DNA of 64,000 bases from Burkholderiales bacterium (lineage in GTDB: Bacteria; Pseudomonadota; Gammaproteobacteria; Burkholderiales; Burkholderiaceae_C), in contig JAYTRR010000210.1 in the NCBI GenBank assembly GCA_043746005.1, positions 565 through 64,564 on the forward strand, in the 5' to 3' direction. The notes under the pieces were generated by a model that saw only the letters and a program-made list of their open reading frames with translations, was not told the origin of the DNA and searched no databases. The position numbers were made by a program, and so were the translations under genes. Of this stretch, positions 58,351 to 64,000 are shown one piece after another (within the stretch, counting starts at the first letter, position 1; the number at the start of each line of letters is the position of its first letter).

Positions 58351-59765
58351 GACAGGTACTCCTTCACAAGATTCTCGACCCGAATATGGGCAACCCGCAC
58401 TGCGGCGGTCAGCCGCTCATCACCGGCCAGATGACCCCACAAAACCTCATCCTTGCAAAACGCACCAACCGGGTCTGCAGCACCGCAGATTGCATGTGCA
58501 GCCGCGGCGTCCATTGCCTGGTCCTGATAGGTATAGGGAATTTCACCTTGATGCCAACGCTGCAAATAGGCCAAAAACAAAGCAGGCAACATTGCTACGC
58601 TCGCAATGGATTCGTTGCGCTCCAGTCGCTCCCGAATCGTGGGCGCTATAAAACCAGGAATTTTGGAGAAGCCATCCATGGCAACGCGCTGATTAGTGTC
58701 TTCAATGGCCGGATTGCCAAAGCGCTCCAGCACCACGTCGCGGTAGGCAGGCAAATCGATGGGACTAGGGGTTTCGGGCGGATTCAATGCTGGAATGGCA
58801 TCGTTGGTTGCATAGTCATAGGCAATTTCACGTATTCGCGCGTCGTGCGTGCCCTCGTGAATGAACTGATAACCCACGAGGGTGCCAGCCCATGCAATAC
58901 AGCTATGGGTTGCGTTAAGCAAACGGATTTTGGCCTCTTCGTAGGGCGCAACCGATTGGACCATTTCCGCACCCACTCGCTCCCACTGAGGTCGGCCGGC
59001 AGCGAAGTTGTCTTCAATTACCCATTGAATGAAACTCTCGCCCATCAGCGCTGCCGGGTCGTCTACCCCGGTTGCCGCAAGCACCCGCGCGCGCACGTCG
59101 GGTGTGGGCCGTGGTGTGATGCGGTCCACCATGGCGTTGGGGCACGTGGTGTTGGTTTGCACCCATGCCAGCAACGCAGGCTGGTCGGCCAGTGCGATGA
59201 ATTCCAGCAAGCCGCCGCGCACGCGTTCACCATTGTGACGCAGGTTGTCGCAATTGAGCAGTGTGACTGGGCCGCCTCCCGCCTGCATGCGGGCCAGGAG
59301 CAACGCCATCAATGCGCCATAGATTGTGCCGCCCGGGCGACCGGTACGGGCTGCATCCATGTCTGCCACCAAATCCGCGAAATTGAAGTCCAACTTGTCT
59401 TTGGCATCAAGGTAGTAGCCCGCCTCCGTGACAGTGAACGAGATGATCCGGGTGTTGGGATCTGCGCCCACTGCGATCAGATTGCCCATACCCGACTGGT
59501 AGGGCAACACGTCGCGGATAGACGTGATACGCGTGTAGCTGCGCACGCCCTGCGGCGTGACAGTCTCCAGCTTGTAGGCACCGCCACTGGCCTGCAGAGC
59601 GGCAATGGTGTCTGGCATGTCGGGACGCAGGTTGCCGCCCGCCAGCACCCACGATACGTCACCCAACTCGTGCAGCTGATGCAAATAGACGGCCTGATGA
59701 GCACGATGAAACGAGCCCAGACCCAGGTGCAAAATTACGTGCGGCTTGGACGTGCTTTGCTTCAT
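58347..59765 (-). CDS. Mannitol dehydrogenase-family enzyme (D-arabinitol 4-dehydrogenase-like)
   Basis: HLGLGSFHRAHQA, TVTEAGY, NCDN, NAMVDRITP, K.RLLNA.H. Confidence 0.88.
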   Translation of the reverse strand: MKQSTSKPHVILHLGLGSFHRAHQAVYLHQLHELGDVSWVLAGGNLRPDMPDTIAALQASGGAYKLETVTPQGVRSYTRITSIRDVLPYQSGMGNLIAVGADPNTRIISFTVTEAGYYLDAKDKLDFNFADLVADMDAARTGRPGGTIYGALMALLLARMQAGGGPVTLLNCDNLRHNGERVRGGLLEFIALADQPALLAWVQTNTTCPNAMVDRITPRPTPDVRARVLAATGVDDPAALMGESFIQWVIEDNFAAGRPQWERVGAEMVQSVAPYEEAKIRLLNATHSCIAWAGTLVGYQFIHEGTHDARIREIAYDYATNDAIPALNPPETPSPIDLPAYRDVVLERFGNPAIEDTNQRVAMDGFSKIPGFIAPTIRERLERNESIASVAMLPALFLAYLQRWHQGEIPYTYQDQAMDAAAAHAICGAADPVGAFCKDEVLWGHLAGDERLTAAVRVAHIRVENLVKEYLS

Positions 59766-59769
59766 GTTG

Positions 59770-60828
59770 TCATCCTTGAAGAGTCGTTTTGATCGCAGCA
59801 TGGACAACGCGACCGTTGGCATCAAACAAATGCGCACTGCTGGTATCAATTGCCACGCCAACCCGGTCTCCTGCGCGCAGCGCACTGCGGGTGTTGAGCC
59901 GGGCAACGAGCGCGGCTCCCTGGTCAGTAGTAACGTAAATCAGGGTCTCAGCACCCAGTGCTTCGACCAAATCAACGGTTGCCTGCATCAACTCAGAGGC
60001 ACCAACATGAAGACTCACACATTCCGGTCGCAAGCCGACTGATCCGTCCGGGGGCACTGCGTGCCCGATCACAGCTGTCAGCCCCGGCAATTGCGAAGCA
60101 GGAATCACATTCATCTGGGGCGTTCCAATGAACTGTGCGACAAACTGATTGGCGGGGCGGTCATACAATTCCAGCGGTGTACCCACCTGTTCAATCAAGC
60201 CGTCGCGCAGCACCACCACGCGGTCAGCCAGTGTCATGGCCTCAACCTGATCGTGGGTCACATAGATCGTGGTGGCACCCAGATCACGGTGCAACTTGGC
60301 GATCTCGATACGGGTTTGCCCACGCAACGCGGCGTCCAGATTGGAAAGCGGCTCGTCAAATAGAAAAACCTTGGGTGCGCGAACGATCGCCCGGCCAATG
60401 GCCACCCGTTGCCGTTGGCCGCCTGAGAGTTCCTTGGGAGTGCGATCCAGGTAATCGGTGAGGTTCAGAATTTTGGCGGCACGACTCACTTTTTCCTGAA
60501 TCACTGCCGGGTCTGCGTTGGCCAACTTGAGCGCAAAGCTCATATTCTCGAACACGCTCATGTGCGGATAGAGCGCATAACTTTGAAACACCATGGCCAG
60601 ATCGCGTTTGCTCGCTGGCAGATGGGTGATGTCGCGGCCGTCCAGGTGGAGTGAGCCACCGTCGGTGGGCTCCAGCCCGGCAATCAGACGTAAGAGTGTC
60701 GATTTTCCGCAGCCCGACGGGCCTACGAAAACGACAAATTCCCCCTGATTGATGGCCAGATCGATGCCTTTGATAACACGGTGTTCACCGAACTTCTTTT
60801 CGACGCCGCTGAGTGTGAGGTAAGCCAT
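59770..60828 (-). CDS. Polyol ABC transporter ATP-binding protein
   Basis: GPSGCGKS, LSGGQRQR, FDEPLSNLDA. Confidence 0.92.
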   Translation of the reverse strand: MAYLTLSGVEKKFGEHRVIKGIDLAINQGEFVVFVGPSGCGKSTLLRLIAGLEPTDGGSLHLDGRDITHLPASKRDLAMVFQSYALYPHMSVFENMSFALKLANADPAVIQEKVSRAAKILNLTDYLDRTPKELSGGQRQRVAIGRAIVRAPKVFLFDEPLSNLDAALRGQTRIEIAKLHRDLGATTIYVTHDQVEAMTLADRVVVLRDGLIEQVGTPLELYDRPANQFVAQFIGTPQMNVIPASQLPGLTAVIGHAVPPDGSVGLRPECVSLHVGASELMQATVDLVEALGAETLIYVTTDQGAALVARLNTRSALRAGDRVGVAIDTSSAHLFDANGRVVHAAIKTTLQG

Positions 60829-60871
60829 TGAAAGATCTCCGCTATGTTTTAGTTGGTTGTATTGCCAGGGA

Positions 60872-61714
60872 TCACTTGACAGCGCCAAAAGTCAAGCCTT
60901 GCACCAGTTGTTTCTGGCTGAACCAGCCAAACACGACGATGGGTGCAATTGCCATGAATGACGCCGCTGACAGCTTGGCCCAGAACAGCCCTTCGGGGCT
61001 GGAGTACGACGCAATCAGCGTAGCCAGTGTTCCAGCCTTGGCTGCGCTGAGATTGAGCGACCAGAAGGCTTCGTTCCAGCTCAGTACCAGGCACAGCAAA
61101 CCGGTGGACGCAATACCTCCCATGGTCAAAGGCAGCAACACGAGCCGAAATTCTTGCCATAGCGTGGCGCCATCCATGCGGGAAGCCTCAAGAATCTCGC
61201 CCGGGATCTCTTTGAGGTAGGAGTACAGCATCCACACCATGATGGGCAGATTACTCAGGGTAAATACAATGACCAATGCAGTGCGCGAATCCAGCAGCCC
61301 CGTGGACTGGGCCAAAACATAGATTGGTACCAGCGCACCTACGGCAGGCATCATCTTGGTGGACAGCATCCACATCAGGATGTCTTTGGTCCGCTTGCTT
61401 TTGAAAAATGCCATGGAATACGCAGCAGGGAACGCCAGCATCAGCCCGAGCACAGTGGACGCCACACTCGTAATGAACGAGTTTTGCGCGTAAAGCATGT
61501 AGTCGCTGCGCTCCTGCACGATAGAAAAGTTTTCAAGCGTGGGCGTGAAGATTAGCAGTGGGGGCACCGAGATGGCCTGCAGCTCGGTCTTGAAGGCCGT
61601 CAGCACGAGCCAACCCAAGGGGAAGAAAAGCAACAAAGTCACAAGCCAGGCACTCACGGTGCGCAGCCAGTAGAGCACCAGGGGAAGTTTGGATGGGTTC
61701 ATGGTGATGCTCAC
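60872..61714 (-). CDS. Polyol ABC transporter permease (G)
   Basis: WMLSTKMMP, EASRMDGA EAA motif, WAKLSAA. Confidence 0.9.
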   Translation of the reverse strand: MSITMNPSKLPLVLYWLRTVSAWLVTLLLFFPLGWLVLTAFKTELQAISVPPLLIFTPTLENFSIVQERSDYMLYAQNSFITSVASTVLGLMLAFPAAYSMAFFKSKRTKDILMWMLSTKMMPAVGALVPIYVLAQSTGLLDSRTALVIVFTLSNLPIMVWMLYSYLKEIPGEILEASRMDGATLWQEFRLVLLPLTMGGIASTGLLCLVLSWNEAFWSLNLSAAKAGTLATLIASYSSPEGLFWAKLSAASFMAIAPIVVFGWFSQKQLVQGLTFGAVK

Positions 61715-62571
61715 TTATCCAGGTTTTTTCCGACCATGCGAATCAAAAATATGGCGGCAATATTGGCCAGAACGACTGCGAACAGCGCGCCGGCCGATGC
61801 CACGCCGGCATCAAAGTTCAGCAATGCCTGCTTGAAGATCAGGAAAGCCACATTGGTGCTGGCGTCGCCCGGACCACCACTGGTGGTGGTGTAAATCTCC
61901 GCAAACACACTGAGCAGGAAGATCATTTCAATCATTACCACCACGGCTACCGAGCGCGCCATGTGCGGCAAGTAGAGGTAGCGCAATTGCTGGAAGTAGT
62001 TGGCACCGTCCATACGCGATGCCTCCAGCTGCTCCCGACTCATCGACTGCAGTGAGGTGACCAGAATCAGCGTGGCAAACGGTAGCCACTGCCATGACAC
62101 GATCACAATCACGCTGAGTAGCGGCCAATCGGTCAACCAGTCGACCGGCGTGGCGCCGAAGAAGATCCACACCTGTGCCAGCACGCCATAGATGGGATTC
62201 ATCATCATGTGCTTCCACAACAGCGCATTCACCGTGGGCATCACGAAAAAGGGCGAGATAAGCAAAATGCGCACCAGACTGCGGCCAGGAAAAGGCTCGT
62301 CAATCAGCAACGCCAATAAAGTACCGCCCACCACCGTGATCAGAATCACGCTGCCCAACAACAGCAACGTGTTGACTACGGCGGTGCCGAAGGATGGGTC
62401 GCTTACAAAGTATTCAAAGTTGGCAAGTCCGGCAAAGCCATCCTGGTCAGGCTGCATCAGGTTGTACCGGATCAGCGAAAAATAGATGGTCATGACCAGC
62501 GGCACGATCATCCAGAGGAAGAGCGTGGCCACGGCTGGTGCCATCAGGACGCGGGGAAGAAAGCGGTTCAT
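61711..62571 (-). CDS. Polyol ABC transporter permease (F)
   Basis: PFFVMPTV.AL.WK, WQWLPFA, EASRMDGA. Confidence 0.9.
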   Translation of the reverse strand: MNRFLPRVLMAPAVATLFLWMIVPLVMTIYFSLIRYNLMQPDQDGFAGLANFEYFVSDPSFGTAVVNTLLLLGSVILITVVGGTLLALLIDEPFPGRSLVRILLISPFFVMPTVNALLWKHMMMNPIYGVLAQVWIFFGATPVDWLTDWPLLSVIVIVSWQWLPFATLILVTSLQSMSREQLEASRMDGANYFQQLRYLYLPHMARSVAVVVMIEMIFLLSVFAEIYTTTSGGPGDASTNVAFLIFKQALLNFDAGVASAGALFAVVLANIAAIFLIRMVGKNLDK

Positions 62572-62592
62572 TGGAAGACCTCGCAGAGAAGA

Positions 62593-62616
62593 GCGCGGGG
62601 GATAGGTACCCCGCGC
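62593..62616 (-). other. GC-rich stem-loop after binding-protein gene (probable mRNA stabiliser)
   Basis: gcgcgggg-gataggta-ccccgcgc, 8-bp stem. Confidence 0.5.
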
Positions 62617-62670
62617 GTCAAGGCAAATCAGGCAAGGCCACCACTGGCCTCTGCCCGTCTGGGTTGTGCC

Positions 62671-63975
62671 TTATTTGTAGTAGCCAGCCTTCTTCATTTC
62701 ACGATCGGCTGCAGCCTGCGACGCCTTCAGGGCCGCATCTACTGTCGTTTTTCCAGCCAGTGCCGCGCTCATCTGTTGACCAACCGTCAAGCCAATCGAC
62801 TGAAACTCAGGGATCGCGGCAAACTGCACACCAACATACGGGCTCTTGGGCAGCGTGCTGTCGTTCGGGTTGGCTGAATCAATAGCCATTTTTTCGGCTT
62901 TGGCAAAAGACGCTGCCTTCTGGAATTCGGCGTTGGCATAGGTGCTCTTGCGCGTGCCGGTCGGCACATGGCCCCAGCCGTTGGTCTTGGCAACCAGCTC
63001 GATGTATTCCTTGGAAGTGGCCCAGCTCACAAACTTCTGTGCAGCATCCACTTTCTTGGAACCCGACGGGATGGCCAGTGCCCATGCCCACAACCAGTTG
63101 GCACCCTTTGGCGTCACAGCCGTTGGTGCCTGTGCAAATGCGACTTTGTCAGCTACTTTGGACTGCTTGGGGTCCGTGATGAACGAGGCGGCAATCGTGG
63201 CATCAATCCACATGCCGCACTTACCCTCGTTGTACAGCGCCAGGATTTCGTTGAAGCTGTTGGCCGATGAACCAGGAGGGCCGTAGTTTTTCAGCAGATC
63301 TACGTAGAAGTTAATGGAGTCTTTCCATGGTTTGGATTCGAGCTGGGGCTTCCAGTTCATATCAAACCACTGTCCGCCATTGGTGTTGACCAATGTGCTG
63401 AGGAACGCCATGTTGTCACCCCAGCCAGGTTTGCCGCGCAGGCAAATGCCATAGACGCCTTCTTTTGGGTTGTGGATTTTGGCTGCCAAGTCTTTGACTT
63501 CGGTCCAGGTGGGATGATCAGACACCTTGATACCTGCTTTATCCGCCAGATCCTTGCGATACATCAGCATGGAGCTTTCGCCGTAGAAAGGCGCGGCATA
63601 CAGTTTGTTGCCTATGGACAAGCCGGTGCGCATAGCGGGTAACAGATCGTCGACGTCGTACGCGGCATCGGTCTTGAGCTCTTGCAACCACCCTTTTTTG
63701 CCCCAGATCGGGGTCTCATACATACCAATGGTCATCACGTCAAACTGACCGCCTTTAGTGGCGATGTCTGTGGTGACGCGTTGACGCAGCACGCCTTCTT
63801 CCAGCGTGACCCACTTCACCTTGATATCGGGATTGGCGGCTTCAAAGTTTTTGGTGAGCTTTTGCATCTCGATCATGTGCCCGTTATTGACGGTTGCAAT
63901 CACGAGTTCGGTGGCCGAATGGGCCATGCCAGCCATCAGGCCGAAAGCCAGCGCCAGGGATGCTTTAAGTTTCAT
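62671..63975 (-). CDS. Sorbitol/mannitol ABC substrate-binding protein
   Basis: Signal peptide; IATVNNG.M, LRQRVTTDIATKGGQFD, PFYGESS, CLRGKPGWG. Confidence 0.92.
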   Translation of the reverse strand: MKLKASLALAFGLMAGMAHSATELVIATVNNGHMIEMQKLTKNFEAANPDIKVKWVTLEEGVLRQRVTTDIATKGGQFDVMTIGMYETPIWGKKGWLQELKTDAAYDVDDLLPAMRTGLSIGNKLYAAPFYGESSMLMYRKDLADKAGIKVSDHPTWTEVKDLAAKIHNPKEGVYGICLRGKPGWGDNMAFLSTLVNTNGGQWFDMNWKPQLESKPWKDSINFYVDLLKNYGPPGSSANSFNEILALYNEGKCGMWIDATIAASFITDPKQSKVADKVAFAQAPTAVTPKGANWLWAWALAIPSGSKKVDAAQKFVSWATSKEYIELVAKTNGWGHVPTGTRKSTYANAEFQKAASFAKAEKMAIDSANPNDSTLPKSPYVGVQFAAIPEFQSIGLTVGQQMSAALAGKTTVDAALKASQAAADREMKKAGYYK

Positions 63976-64000
63976 GGAATGTCTCCAGTATTGGAATTTA

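Noticed and set aside
1-64000. tRNA, rRNA, riboswitch or IS elements
   Set aside because: None recognised by eye; small structured RNAs cannot be excluded without a covariance-model search.

Overview
GC-rich betaproteobacterial chromosome segment; gene content and gene order look Comamonadaceae/Rhodoferax-like (inference). Core genes: sbcB, slyD, nucleoside salvage cdd-PNP-deoC-deoA, relA, bdhA, ompR-envZ, ispDF, mfd, serB, nth and a polyol ABC/catabolic operon. Accessory blocks: an ArsR-rhodanese/DsrE block (0.8-3.8 kb), a Crp/Fnr-centred envelope/stress island (35.8-48.6 kb) and a toxin-antitoxin patch (49.5-53.2 kb). No rRNA, tRNA, CRISPR, integrase or transposase was recognised. Three signals are not explained by the gene list. 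(1) A dispersed, indel-free 55-bp element with an invariant AGCTA-N9-TAGC core: 10 clear copies plus 1 degenerate, all on the + strand, some overprinted on conserved coding sequence (ispD motif, SIMPL signal peptide). (2) Five CRP-like boxes (TGTGCG-N4-CGCACA), each exactly 21 nt from a -10-like hexamer (class II, -41.5 geometry), all within the island that encodes a Crp/Fnr regulator. (3) Several genes collapsed by internal deletions that keep both termini. All calls were made by eye, without database searches.
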